Of a stretch of DNA of 64,000 bases, positions 1-10,799 are shown piece after piece. The stretch comes from a virus: the IMG/VR virus record IMGVR_UViG_3300047564_005375, positions 2,847 to 66,846 of that record; one strand, written 5' to 3'. Both the position numbers and the translations under genes were made by a program. The first letter of the stretch is position 1; each line of letters starts with the position of its first letter. The notes under the pieces were generated by a model. It was not told the DNA's origin, searched no databases, and saw only the letters and a program-made list of their open reading frames with translations.

Positions 1-657
1 TGGACATCCGTAAGTGTCCATACCAGCCCCTGAAGATTGTCTAATACCTCCACTTAATGATGCCACGTTTGAAATGAAGTTACCAACACCACCAGACCAT
101 TCAGGATACTGCACATAAATGTTCAAATCATTCGCATAGTCAGGTCCCGCAGGATATGTTCCTGAGTTAGAATATCCCCAATAACTAACCGAACCATTTG
201 TGAATAAGTAATTACCCAAATCTGCTTGTGAAGTTGAGTCTTGTGGTTCAGGGAAAATGTACGCTGAATATGCAGGACCCGCGCTTGATGAAGGCGTCGG
301 GGTTGGAGTTGGTGTGCCTGTTGGAGTATTACTTGGTGAGGCGTTTGGAGTTGACGTAATTGTAGGTGTTATTGATGGCGTTGGGGTAGGTGTCGCGGTT
401 GGTGTCGGTGACGGTGATGCACTTGGTGGTATTCCGAAACAAACTGTAACCCCATTTATTAGTTCATTTCTCGAAACGTCTGTATAGACAGGTACTTCTT
501 CTGTAGAACCTGTATAGACATCAAAAGGACCAATAGCGTCTGAATCTACCGGTAATCTAACAATAAAACATTGGTATCCACTGACCTCCACCTGTTGTTC
601 AACAGATGTATCACACCCCGTGGCAGTATTAACTACAATTATGGACTCTAACGACAT
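1..657 (-). CDS. Pro/Thr-rich putative virion (fibre-associated) protein, C-terminus beyond the window edge
   Basis: Not in the ORF track. ATG at 657 is open to position 1: MSLESIIVVNTATGCDTSVEQ...PPSASPSPTPTATPTPTPSITPT...; TATTTAT motif upstream at 670-676. Confidence 0.8.
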   Translation of the reverse strand, partial: MSLESIIVVNTATGCDTSVEQQVEVSGYQCFIVRLPVDSDAIGPFDVYTGSTEEVPVYTDVSRNELINGVTVCFGIPPSASPSPTPTATPTPTPSITPTITSTPNASPSNTPTGTPTPTPTPSSSAGPAYSAYIFPEPQDSTSQADLGNYLFTNGSVSYWGYSNSGTYPAGPDYANDLNIYVQYPEWSGGVGNFISNVASLSGGIRQSSGAGMDTYGCP

Positions 658-753
658 GGCATTTTAACAATAAATACAATGACCTGTACCTTTTTATTTA
701 TCGAAAAGCCATTTTAATAAATGGAAAAAAGTCAGTAAAACTTTGAATTATAA

Positions 754-1080
754 TCAAGTCACATCCACACTGAACTCACAAACAGACTCAGTGAGAGTAA
801 TATTCACCACACAAGAAACAAGTTGAACAGATATATCGAATCCACATCCGAACGTACAATCTAATATTTCGAACTTTTCACACCCATTATTGTCCACCAA
901 TTTGAGCATAATTGCAGGCGCAGAATCAAACAATGCTGGCGGATAAAATCTCGCAGCTGGTGGAATAACACCCGTATTCGTTATTGTTCCAATTAGACTC
1001 TGATTGTTTCCATAAACATCAGCAACGTATACCAAAATTGGTACCGTTCCTGTCACCATCTCTATTCTAACTTGTGTCAT
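754..1080 (-). CDS. Hypothetical Cys-containing structural/fibre-associated protein (108 aa)
   Basis: ORF within the tail operon; contains an LVDNNGC motif like the SprB-type repeat ends of its neighbour. Confidence 0.65.
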   Translation of the reverse strand: MTQVRIEMVTGTVPILVYVADVYGNNQSLIGTITNTGVIPPAARFYPPALFDSAPAIMLKLVDNNGCEKFEILDCTFGCGFDISVQLVSCVVNITLTESVCEFSVDVT

Positions 1081-1107
1081 GCCCTATTCAATGTGATTAT
1101 TTCATTT

Positions 1108-4100
1108 CTATGGAGTTCCTGGACAACAAACACCAGCGCCTCCACAGTCAAATCCTACTTGTGGATAACCAGCAATAACTTTACCATTACTATCTGTTTC
1201 CCAATATTGACAACCATCAGATATCGGTTTGTTTATTAATAGACAATCAGTTGTTGTGTCAATTATGTACAAATCAACTATTTGCCAATCACCATTATAC
1301 AAATAACTATATGGATAAGTCGCTCTATATCTGGTTGAAGAACCTAATCCACTTTGAACTTGGAAACAGTTTGTCGCGGCAGAACCACTGTCGGCTAACA
1401 TCCTACCATCATAACAATATCCGGATAGAGTATACTCAAAACTATTATTTCTACACGAAGTACAACTAGCAAAATTTGTTCCAATCAAGGTAGAACCAGG
1501 GCTTGATGTTGTTGGAGTATTACTTGTCAGAGTAAAACATCTACCCTCACCATCATAATACACAGAACCATTTTGTATTGGGAAATTATTTCTTTTTACT
1601 AAAAGGTTAGTGAAAGAACCATCAGAACCACAACAATATGTACCATTAGCCAATGCAAAATATTCAATGATAGAACTTTGACTTGGAGTTACTGTTGGTG
1701 TTGATGTTTGTGTTGGAGTAATCGTTGGTGTAACACTCGGAGTAACTGATTTAGTTGGAGTAATACTCGGAGTAACTGATTTAGTTGGAGTAATACTCGG
1801 AGTGACTGTTGGTGTTGCAGTTATAGTTGGTGTAAGTGTTGGTGTTGCCGTTGGACTTGGTGTTGGTGGAACTGTAGATTCACATTCAATGTCATAAACA
1901 ATCACCAACTCCACTATTATCTGCTGGTCAATTATACCACTTGATGGGTCAGCAATAATTTTGATTTGATTGTTAAGTGGGTCAATAATAACATCAACAA
2001 TACCAACGATACTTTCCAACATGGATTCAATTGTGGTATACCATAGATTGTCACTTGGGACATCAATTAAACTATAACCTGTGTAAAACAAATTCGTTAA
2101 TACGGTTCCTTGAGGTTGGACTTGTACTTTAGCAATAAATTCAGCACTATTGAGAACACAACCCGAATAACCTTCAGTCAAATCCGCAAATCCATCATTC
2201 AAAATTTGTATAATACCACACTTGGTTGGTGAAACAATTGTGAATTCATCCGTACCCATGGTGTAGGTTTGGAATGAAACATAATTCTGTGTACACTCGA
2301 TGGTTGTGAGAGCTCCATAAGAACAACCGTTAGCATCTTCAACAACCAAAGAATAAGTTCCCCCCGTTAAACCATTCACAGTTATTTGTTGTGGATTACC
2401 CGCAACATTATTTGACCAATTGAATGTAAACGGAGGTGTTCCTGAAGAAATAAGAGCGGTTATACTTCCTTGGGCTCCCGTTCCGCAAGATGTTGAATAC
2501 AATGAAAACTCTACGGGTGGTGAGGAGATAATTGTAAAAGGTTGATTGATACTACAACCCGATTCATCCGTAACAGTCATTAGATGTTGTCCAACAGAAA
2601 CGTTGTCGAACACCACTGTTGTTAGATTGGTATCGATAATTGTTTCAATGCCGTCAATACTGTAAGTTAGAGGTAATTCGTAATCACTCGTTACAGTTAC
2701 AGTGGCAGTACCATTCAATTGATTACATGTCGCTGCGATTACATCTACAGAAACTGCGAACTTATCTTGAGAAACTAATGTAACCTCTGTTGTATAAACG
2801 CATCCCAATGTATCTTGTACAAAAACTGAATATGTGCCAGGTCCTAAGTTACTAAATATGTTTACAGTTTGGTCTCCAACTATCTCTGTCGAATCCCCAT
2901 CAGGATTTACAAGGGTAATAATATATGGTGTAACTCCCCCTACAATTGTAACGGTAATCTGACCATCATTTTGACTACAATTCGAGTTTTGACCTGTAAC
3001 ACTTACTGAGGAAATGCCACCCTCACTTTGAAGGGTTGTACCCACGTAAAGTTTACAAAGACCCGCGTCAGTTACGGCAAATTCATAAGTACCATTTCCA
3101 ATATTTGACAACGTGAACTGTCTTGAATACGAAACTATTTGATTACCTGTAGAAGCCGAATAGTAAAAAGGTTCTGTCCCACCTACAACGGTGAGAGTAA
3201 GGGAACCATCATTTTCAAAACAAGTTGGTGGAACGGCAGTAAAGGAACCGAAAGCTAACGCATTGACTCTTGTTACGGTCCCTTGTTTTGTAGTAGAACA
3301 CCCACCTGAATCAGTTACTTGAACTGAGTAAACACCCTCGGTCAAACCTGTTATAGAACTTGTTGTTCTACCGTTACTCCAAAGATAAGTGTAGGGACCA
3401 GTACCTGTTTGTCCTGTAACAAATATTTTTCCGATTGGTGTTCCCGCATCGTCACACGAAGCGTTTGGTACAACGTATAAACCAAAATCGAGCGGATTTG
3501 AATCTTGAATGATGAAACTCTGACTCGTTCCAAAACCACCACTTGTGTCAGTTGCGGTAATGTAATAACTGCCTGCGCCCACATTCGAGAAAATGCCATA
3601 AGGTTGTAATGCTGTGACAGTATCAATTAAAGTGTCGGCGGAATTGTATAATCTATACGTTACAGTAGACGATGAAGATGTGGTTGTTGCAGTTACAGAA
3701 CCATTATCTAAACCACAAGTCGTTGGGTTGACATTAACAATATCAACACAAATACATCCACCGACGGTGACGTTAATGTAAAATTGGGCGTTTACAGGAA
3801 CCGCTGAGTCATTAGCCCTAACCAAGTAAGTTCCTGCGGGAAGTCCTGTTTTGATTGCACCCGTTCCTAAGTTTGGACTATACCAATTGAATGTATAGGG
3901 AGCAACTCCGCCAGTCGGAACAATTTCAACTCTTCCAAGTCCCGTTTCACAAGCTCCCGTAATATTGAGTTCGTAAGAAAAAGTCAACCCGTTACCGAAT
4001 CCAGAGTTTGTTGGTGTGGGAGTTGGTGTTCTTGTTTGTGAAGGACTCGCCCCTGGCGTCGAAGTCAGGGTAGGAGTTGGAGTCAGAGTTCTTGTTACCG

Positions 4101-4944
4101 TCACTGTCGGTGTGGGTGTGGGAGTATTGGACTTTGTCGGTGTCGGTGAATCACAGACCGCACTAGGATTGAACCCTTGACAGTCTCCACAATCAAGATA
4201 AGTGCCATTAATAGTATCCGTTCCTGAATTCCAAATATAGGATAGATATGGACCTGGTAACGAAGCAACACACTCAACACAATCATTGAATGGGATTGAT
4301 GGAATATCTAAAATATACGAATTTCCCGGACCAGCAAATAAATCAGTACCCGAAATGACTTCAATTTGAGTATATGGACTACAACATCCTGAGAAATAAT
4401 ATACATAACCTGGAGTTACAGTTGGTGTTGGTGTGGGAGAATTTGAGGGCTCAACACAAGGGAACGCAGAAGTACATGCTCCACATCCGTCGTAACCCGC
4501 AATTAAATTTACACCACCTGGACCACCATAAGATTGTAGTGTCCAACATTTGTCATTATACCTGAAAGACACAGTACCAGGAGTGTATGTGCTTGGTACT
4601 GAACACTGAAGTGTTTCACCGGCATTACAACAGTTCTCAAGAATAGCGTTAGCAAATGATGTTACAATTGGACATGGGGCTCCGTAATCATAGGCACATT
4701 GGTCACAGTCCGCAGTACCATTTGTTATACTTTGAAAATTAGTAATACCATAATTATAAACTGTTCCGATTGGAATCGTTGACGCGGAGAAACAAATATT
4801 TCCATTAACTGGGTCCAAAGAAACATAAGTTGTTCCCACATTGAAACTCGAGTTAGGTGTACCATTAATAGTAGGATTACAAACCGAAAAACTTTTTGTC
4901 GGGTCATAACAACAAACTAAATAATTACTATTACTACAAGGCAT
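1108..4944 (-). CDS. Large adhesin/fibre-like protein with SprB-type repeats, Cys-rich modules and Pro/Thr linkers
   Basis: Repeated GGxxPY/FxY/FxW...GxYxVxVxDxxGC units (e.g. SGTPPFTFNWSN...GGTYSLVVEDANGCS) and TPTPT tracts. ATG at 4944 overlaps the upstream TGA (TGATG), so it is preferred over TTG at 4953. Confidence 0.75.
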   Translation of the reverse strand: MPCSNSNYLVCCYDPTKSFSVCNPTINGTPNSSFNVGTTYVSLDPVNGNICFSASTIPIGTVYNYGITNFQSITNGTADCDQCAYDYGAPCPIVTSFANAILENCCNAGETLQCSVPSTYTPGTVSFRYNDKCWTLQSYGGPGGVNLIAGYDGCGACTSAFPCVEPSNSPTPTPTVTPGYVYYFSGCCSPYTQIEVISGTDLFAGPGNSYILDIPSIPFNDCVECVASLPGPYLSYIWNSGTDTINGTYLDCGDCQGFNPSAVCDSPTPTKSNTPTPTPTVTVTRTLTPTPTLTSTPGASPSQTRTPTPTPTNSGFGNGLTFSYELNITGACETGLGRVEIVPTGGVAPYTFNWYSPNLGTGAIKTGLPAGTYLVRANDSAVPVNAQFYINVTVGGCICVDIVNVNPTTCGLDNGSVTATTTSSSSTVTYRLYNSADTLIDTVTALQPYGIFSNVGAGSYYITATDTSGGFGTSQSFIIQDSNPLDFGLYVVPNASCDDAGTPIGKIFVTGQTGTGPYTYLWSNGRTTSSITGLTEGVYSVQVTDSGGCSTTKQGTVTRVNALAFGSFTAVPPTCFENDGSLTLTVVGGTEPFYYSASTGNQIVSYSRQFTLSNIGNGTYEFAVTDAGLCKLYVGTTLQSEGGISSVSVTGQNSNCSQNDGQITVTIVGGVTPYIITLVNPDGDSTEIVGDQTVNIFSNLGPGTYSVFVQDTLGCVYTTEVTLVSQDKFAVSVDVIAATCNQLNGTATVTVTSDYELPLTYSIDGIETIIDTNLTTVVFDNVSVGQHLMTVTDESGCSINQPFTIISSPPVEFSLYSTSCGTGAQGSITALISSGTPPFTFNWSNNVAGNPQQITVNGLTGGTYSLVVEDANGCSYGALTTIECTQNYVSFQTYTMGTDEFTIVSPTKCGIIQILNDGFADLTEGYSGCVLNSAEFIAKVQVQPQGTVLTNLFYTGYSLIDVPSDNLWYTTIESMLESIVGIVDVIIDPLNNQIKIIADPSSGIIDQQIIVELVIVYDIECESTVPPTPSPTATPTLTPTITATPTVTPSITPTKSVTPSITPTKSVTPSVTPTITPTQTSTPTVTPSQSSIIEYFALANGTYCCGSDGSFTNLLVKRNNFPIQNGSVYYDGEGRCFTLTSNTPTTSSPGSTLIGTNFASCTSCRNNSFEYTLSGYCYDGRMLADSGSAATNCFQVQSGLGSSTRYRATYPYSYLYNGDWQIVDLYIIDTTTDCLLINKPISDGCQYWETDSNGKVIAGYPQVGFDCGGAGVCCPGTP
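1735..1803. repeat. In-frame 30-bp tandem repeat (about 2.3 copies) encoding TPSITPTKSV
   Basis: ACTCGGAGTAACTGATTTAGTTGGAGTAAT occurs twice exactly, followed by ACTCGGAGT. Confidence 0.9.
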
Positions 4945-7919
4945 CAGGCACAATCAATACTCAAGTTTATCCCAACACTTAGGGTTACAGATTCAACCAC
5001 ATTATTACTAACGGTTTTCAAGTTGGTTATTGTCAAATTATTACCATTTAATGTATAAGTGTAGCCGTATTGGTACAATAGATAAAGATTATCAATTAAA
5101 GTTTGTCTCCAAAGTTGTGCACTCGGAGCATCGGCGATTCCAAATCCTGTATAAAAGAACACACTGAAAATTGTTTGAGAACCAACAGTCAAAACCATAT
5201 ACCATTCTGAACTGATTGTATTCTGAACACATTCGTTGTATGTAAGATTGTTTGTTGTTAAAAAATTATCGACTCTGTTATTAAGAATTGATGAAAAATT
5301 AGTCACAGTTTCATCACCATTCAACCAAGGATAGATGAAGAATGTAGCATACTGAGTATTACAGTCGTAATCAAATATGTTAGAAATAATATAACAAGGT
5401 TGTGCCGGCACTGGAACAATCTGACATCCACGTTGTCTTCTATAAACAAACTTTTGTTTGTGGAAGATTGAGTTTTCAAGTTTGATACCCCCCATCCAAA
5501 GAGTTGTTGCCGGAACCATCTGCTCAATAAGCCTCACCCAATATGGACCCAAGGCATCTACATATTCAATCAACTTTTGATATGTGTATTTGTTTGTAGG
5601 AATACCCACTGTTTGTTCCGACTCTAAGTACTTCCAAAATATAGATTGTAGTGTTGGATAACCTCCCGTTTTACCATCTGTAATGTACAATCGGTTACGG
5701 GTGTTAATCATATTTTGCCAAAAAGTTTGACTAAATTCGAAGAAGGTTTTCTTTTGTGGTTCAGGGTCGATAAATGTATCATCTATTCCACCAGGAGACG
5801 GGTAGTTCGCCGTAAAACCTGACTCAGGAATTGGGTAGTTGTATTGTCTTGACATATCCCATACGTCGTAAGCAAAACCTTGTCCAACATTCAAGTGAAT
5901 GTCCACGTTTTTAACGTTGAGTACAAGTTTCTCAGTAGAGGTATAATAGTAGGCTTCGTAACCCGCTTGGGTATCAACTCTTAATCTGTCGTCAGTATCC
6001 AACCAAGATTTTTTGTTGTCGGGAACTCTTTGAAGTTTGAACCCGTCCATCATGTATGGGAATTGTTCGTATCGGTTCAAGTAGATTCCACCATAGGTAA
6101 ACGGCTGAAGTGAAGTTTGTACATCAAAGTTTTGTCCCGTGAAGACATCTCCCGTAACGGTCACTTGGTCAGGACTTCTGTGGTCAGGTGTTTGTTCATA
6201 CCAACCAGCACCTTCTTGGAAGAACACTCCATTATCCCCGAGTGGGGTTGGAGATTTAGGAAAACCTTGACTATCAACAGGATAATCGTTTCTTTGAACG
6301 TTTACATCTGTGAAAGTTGTATTGGTTGTAAACGCAGTGAAGATTTGTCCACGAATACTGAATGTATCTCCTGGTTGAAGAGCGGGTACCTCATTGATAT
6401 AAGTCCCACCTGAAAGAGTGGCGTATTGAATATCAAACTTAGTCATGTCAATTTTTTGGTCTGCTAAGTAGATGTATTCGTTGTAATCAATCAAGGCATC
6501 AGGAGCCCCAATTAATCTCAATAAAAATTCAATAGAACGTCTTGTCCCTTTTGACTTGAATAAATACGCCGAGTTTAATATTAAATTTCTGTAGAATTGG
6601 TAGTTCAATTCTGTTGGGGTTTGTGAACGAGCAAATCCAGGGAATTCTAAAGATGGTGTTGTACCAAAAATACTTCCAAGGAAATCTTCATTTGTAATCG
6701 GCGAAAAATTGTTTTCCCATCCTAATGTTTGAGACAGATTGAATAACAATTGAGATGGAATATCATTCTGTGGAAAATAATTAACGTTGGTCATGTAAGC
6801 CAACGCATCGATAAACTGTTTGATTTGGTCAAAACTTCTTCCATAGATTTGAAGAACCTTTTCAACCTTATGTCCCAAAGTGTCAAATTCTTTGAGTGAA
6901 TCTGTCACCAAGAATCTAGAAATAAGATTGGTTTTGAACGAATCTAAATTGGTTGCCAAATCCGCCAACTTAGCCAAGTAATCGTCAAACTTGGTCGAAC
7001 GAATATCCAGATTCCAAATACCGTCTTTTGGCCAAGTAGCCTGAACATATCCCGTATAAAATTGTCCCGCCTCGTTTTGAAGTGGTACTTGGAAATTGGC
7101 GGTATATTCAGGTTGAATAAGTCTATTCATTAAGAACTTTTCAACCTCATCCAAGTCTTCAGAAAAAACTTTATCAACGGTAAGATTGTTTGGACGAACT
7201 AAGAAATCAATTTCAGTCGTTGTAAGTCCATCAAATGGGTCACCATCAACAACTAACTCGATATAACCTGAAGTTAAAGAAACCGATGGTGTAAATCCAA
7301 CAACAGGGTAATCAATACCCTCATACACCAAAACATAACTTAAATAAGTTTTTGTTAGGTCTCTGTATTCTGAAGTGACAATCTCACGAACCATCATATT
7401 TGTGGTTGCGCTGAGCGAATATTCAATCATAAATGGATTGAAAATATTAGATGTTTGCACCCTGAAAGTTGTTTCGTTGTCTACGGGGTCATAAGATATG
7501 TTGGTGGCGGTATTTCCCGTAGTGAAATCAGGCATGATGTGTCTAACATCCAATGCTGCGGGAAAAAAGTTTATAATTCTGTTTACAGAGACACTAAATC
7601 TCTTATTAAGAGAACCGTAAAGTGAAAAATTTAAAACTTGTGAAACATCGAAATTCGGATAAACACGAAACTGAGTTTGTTGAATTCTTCTACTTTCATT
7701 AAGTGAATCCAAATCCAAATCCTCCAAAGAAATTGGATTTGAGAATGTTCCTATAGAAAAAGTTCTATTAACTTTTTCAGTGACCGCACTTGTGAAATCA
7801 AAAACGGATGTAGTAAGTCCCCCACCATCAACAACTTGTAATCCTACAATATTGTCGAAAGTACCAAGACCCGTTCCCGGTGCGGGTGGGTAAAAGAACT
7901 TATTGCTATTAACCGCCAT
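4944..7919 (-). CDS. Baseplate wedge protein (T4 gp7 / P2 gpI-like)
   Basis: LFKSKGTRRSIEFLLRLIG matches the KGT motif of gp7/gpI wedge proteins; lies in the baseplate cluster. Confidence 0.6.
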   Translation of the reverse strand: MAVNSNKFFYPPAPGTGLGTFDNIVGLQVVDGGGLTTSVFDFTSAVTEKVNRTFSIGTFSNPISLEDLDLDSLNESRRIQQTQFRVYPNFDVSQVLNFSLYGSLNKRFSVSVNRIINFFPAALDVRHIMPDFTTGNTATNISYDPVDNETTFRVQTSNIFNPFMIEYSLSATTNMMVREIVTSEYRDLTKTYLSYVLVYEGIDYPVVGFTPSVSLTSGYIELVVDGDPFDGLTTTEIDFLVRPNNLTVDKVFSEDLDEVEKFLMNRLIQPEYTANFQVPLQNEAGQFYTGYVQATWPKDGIWNLDIRSTKFDDYLAKLADLATNLDSFKTNLISRFLVTDSLKEFDTLGHKVEKVLQIYGRSFDQIKQFIDALAYMTNVNYFPQNDIPSQLLFNLSQTLGWENNFSPITNEDFLGSIFGTTPSLEFPGFARSQTPTELNYQFYRNLILNSAYLFKSKGTRRSIEFLLRLIGAPDALIDYNEYIYLADQKIDMTKFDIQYATLSGGTYINEVPALQPGDTFSIRGQIFTAFTTNTTFTDVNVQRNDYPVDSQGFPKSPTPLGDNGVFFQEGAGWYEQTPDHRSPDQVTVTGDVFTGQNFDVQTSLQPFTYGGIYLNRYEQFPYMMDGFKLQRVPDNKKSWLDTDDRLRVDTQAGYEAYYYTSTEKLVLNVKNVDIHLNVGQGFAYDVWDMSRQYNYPIPESGFTANYPSPGGIDDTFIDPEPQKKTFFEFSQTFWQNMINTRNRLYITDGKTGGYPTLQSIFWKYLESEQTVGIPTNKYTYQKLIEYVDALGPYWVRLIEQMVPATTLWMGGIKLENSIFHKQKFVYRRQRGCQIVPVPAQPCYIISNIFDYDCNTQYATFFIYPWLNGDETVTNFSSILNNRVDNFLTTNNLTYNECVQNTISSEWYMVLTVGSQTIFSVFFYTGFGIADAPSAQLWRQTLIDNLYLLYQYGYTYTLNGNNLTITNLKTVSNNVVESVTLSVGINLSIDCA

Positions 7920-8827
7920 TATCCTGTTATCGTGGTGAAGTTTTTAGTATAATCAATATTAGCACCTCTATCCTGACGAACCTCGTAAAGGAGTTCGTTA
8001 AATTGGTCACGGATTTCGTAAAGATTGTATTGTTTGTAGATATTGTTCTGACTGTCGTACATTGTGTAAACACCATCTTCAATACTCTTAGTTTGATTTC
8101 CGTAAAGGGCTATAGCAAGGGACGATACGTCGTATTCAACCATATCGATTTCAATCGTGGTAGGATTGAAGAACGTATTTGAAATTATAATACTTTGTCC
8201 AGGTTGACCGATAAATGGAGTCGCATTTGGACGGTTAGTTGGGGACGATGATGGTGTCAAGGTTAGGAAAATAAGATTCGATGCCCCATCAACATATCGG
8301 TATCTAATCGCCTTTTGTGTTGTATTGGTTTGGTTTACAACCACAGGTTCACAATAGAATGAAGAAGTTACAATTCTGAAGAAGTTTGGAATTTTCGAAC
8401 CATCAGCATTCAAGTATTCTACTCTAAATCCAACAAGTCCTTGGGGAACAAATTTGTTTCTAAATTGGCTAGGTACATTGTTAATATCAATGATAATACC
8501 TTTGACGTTTGGAAGAGCACTCAAGACACCACAATCTGTGATTGATGTTCTAATTTGTGCAGGACGAATCATAAGTGTGTAAATTCCAACCGCGTTGAAC
8601 TCGTCTGCAGGTAAGGTTAAGTTGTATAGACCCCCCAATACTTCAATACCAGAATTTCCACCTGTTTGACTATTGTTAAAGTAAGGTCTTAAAATTGAAG
8701 GAGCGTCTAAAGTTTTCAAAACGAAATCTTCAGTCACATCCCTTGATGGTGTGTAGTTTAAAATTATTTCTACATCCTCAGGGGATACATCCGCAGGTCT
8801 TACTGTTCCATAGGTTCCAATTGCCAT
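7919..8827 (-). CDS. Hypothetical virion/baseplate protein (302 aa)
   Basis: ORF with TATTTAT motif upstream; its stop overlaps the next start. Confidence 0.6.
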   Translation of the reverse strand: MAIGTYGTVRPADVSPEDVEIILNYTPSRDVTEDFVLKTLDAPSILRPYFNNSQTGGNSGIEVLGGLYNLTLPADEFNAVGIYTLMIRPAQIRTSITDCGVLSALPNVKGIIIDINNVPSQFRNKFVPQGLVGFRVEYLNADGSKIPNFFRIVTSSFYCEPVVVNQTNTTQKAIRYRYVDGASNLIFLTLTPSSSPTNRPNATPFIGQPGQSIIISNTFFNPTTIEIDMVEYDVSSLAIALYGNQTKSIEDGVYTMYDSQNNIYKQYNLYEIRDQFNELLYEVRQDRGANIDYTKNFTTITG

Positions 8828-8856
8828 CTTGAGTGTGTGTTATTTTTATAAATAGT

Positions 8857-9951
8857 TTATCCCTTTTTTTCTATGATGAAATATCCATATCCGTAATTAA
8901 CCATATCAGATAAATTTTCAACCTCACCAAGTCTTCTTATTTGTTCGTATGCGGTGTTCTTTCCTCTCTCAACGTATATGTCTGTATTGATTTGTGGTTG
9001 GTCCACAATTTTCATTAACAATTCATCTTTTGTAATCGGAACCGCAGTAATTGAACTATTAGTAAATCCACTACTATTTTGGAAGAAGATTGTCTGTCCG
9101 TCTACATAGTCATAATAGTTAACATCCTGAATAGTATATGCTGTGTAAATTGGATTCATATCCGTAATTGCACCAAGTAGTTCACCACCTTGGAAAACAG
9201 GGACACCTACCATGTATTCTTGAATAGAGTATTGAGCAAGTTCAGTAATCCTTGAAGGACCTTCACCCGATACAATAAACGGTACTGTTGTATAGTCACT
9301 GCTGACCTGTTGTGACACCGTATTTTCTTGGTCCCCAGTGAAAATATAATTGTAACTAACAGGAGTGTTTGCCCAACTACCACCAAGTGGGGTAAAATAA
9401 GCAGTTCCTTTAGGATTAATAATTACCGCATTTGTATAAGGAACCTCAATCTTTTTGGTTACAGTATTGATACCAAAATTTGTGGTTTGTTTAAGTGTAA
9501 TAGTATACGCAGAAATTATGTTAGGATACGTATGACTCAAAGTATCGGTAACCATTGTTTCAAACGGAGAACCGTCACCCCAATCAACTTGGTATGCAGA
9601 AAACTCCAAGAAACTTTTCGCCCTATCTGATGTATTCAATACTGTGAATACATAAGGGGTTACCGTATTGGAAGAAAAATAAAAGTTTGTAACCACATCG
9701 GCTTGTTCTACAGCCCCATCAAAGGGTGAATAATAACCCATGTCGATGGTGTTTTCGGTAAGAAGAATCGGAATCGTTAGACCCGTCATCACGGAATTAC
9801 CATTCGTACCTCCTGACAACACTTGAGTCATAGAAGAATAAACTCCAATTGTAACCGCAGTAATTGTTCCACCTTGGTCTATTAAGGCAGTCTGAATACT
9901 CAAATCACTTTGAATATTACCAGGTCCAACTACAAATCTATAATCCGTCAT
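8857..9951 (-). CDS. Hypothetical virion protein with PKD-like domain
   Basis: VDWGDGS...LSHTY...YTITL is a PKD signature. Confidence 0.6.
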   Translation of the reverse strand: MTDYRFVVGPGNIQSDLSIQTALIDQGGTITAVTIGVYSSMTQVLSGGTNGNSVMTGLTIPILLTENTIDMGYYSPFDGAVEQADVVTNFYFSSNTVTPYVFTVLNTSDRAKSFLEFSAYQVDWGDGSPFETMVTDTLSHTYPNIISAYTITLKQTTNFGINTVTKKIEVPYTNAVIINPKGTAYFTPLGGSWANTPVSYNYIFTGDQENTVSQQVSSDYTTVPFIVSGEGPSRITELAQYSIQEYMVGVPVFQGGELLGAITDMNPIYTAYTIQDVNYYDYVDGQTIFFQNSSGFTNSSITAVPITKDELLMKIVDQPQINTDIYVERGKNTAYEQIRRLGEVENLSDMVNYGYGYFIIEKKG

Positions 9952-10799
9952 GGGTCGATGTATTCATACCATTTTATAGGAACACTTGTACCCACTCTAT
10001 CAAAACTTATTGTATCATAAACCGTGTACGTTTGTGTTGGGTAATCCAATCTTACTTGATAGTAAAAATTGAATACTTGGTTGGGTGAATACGTGTTGGT
10101 GTTTTGGAGAGCTTGAGGACGATTTATCATTCTGATAAACGTACCTGTTTTAGCATCCCAAAACTTACATGACATATAGAAAGTGTCGATGTCCACATAA
10201 GTTCTTGTTTTTACCCAATAAATAAAATATCCCTTTTTATCTCCAACCCAATCGAGTCGGTATCTTGGTTTTTTTATTGTAACATCAAGACCTTGCATAA
10301 CCACGGGCATCCTTTCACCCTGTGTTGTTGGGAGTATAACCGTAAGGTAGTTAGTTTGATTACTCTCAACTGGCGAACTGTAAAAATCCAATTTGAAAAA
10401 ACTATTCCTAAATCCATTAGAAAAATAGTATATTTCATCGGTGTTAAATCCCGCAGCTCTGTAGTCAGGAATCCAGTTGTTGACACTTGTAGTACCATTC
10501 AAAGTACCACCCGAGAAAAAATAAAATTCATAAAGTATGTCAGTGATAAAATCAGGAGAACCTGGTATCGCAACTGGATTTTCATTTACTGACCTTTCTA
10601 TTGGTCTTGTATGCCCCGAATGAGAAAATCTATTTGTTTCAAAATCGATAGGTTGACCCGCAACCTCAGCGGTAATTTGATTTTCAATTTCCGTGATTTC
10701 ATTTTCAGTGTCCAACAACTCCCAATTGAGCATCACAGGAACTTGAATTACTCGGTCCTGGTCACGTGGGAGGGTTAGTTGTATTTTATTCACAGTCAT
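9948..10799 (-). CDS. Hypothetical virion protein (283 aa)
   Basis: Overlapping ORF chain in the tail operon. Confidence 0.55.
   Translation of the reverse strand: MTVNKIQLTLPRDQDRVIQVPVMLNWELLDTENEITEIENQITAEVAGQPIDFETNRFSHSGHTRPIERSVNENPVAIPGSPDFITDILYEFYFFSGGTLNGTTSVNNWIPDYRAAGFNTDEIYYFSNGFRNSFFKLDFYSSPVESNQTNYLTVILPTTQGERMPVVMQGLDVTIKKPRYRLDWVGDKKGYFIYWVKTRTYVDIDTFYMSCKFWDAKTGTFIRMINRPQALQNTNTYSPNQVFNFYYQVRLDYPTQTYTVYDTISFDRVGTSVPIKWYEYIDP

Noticed and set aside
257-487. Plus-strand Gly/Val-rich ORF (GVGVGV)
   Set aside because: Antisense shadow of the Thr/Pro repeat gene on the minus strand.
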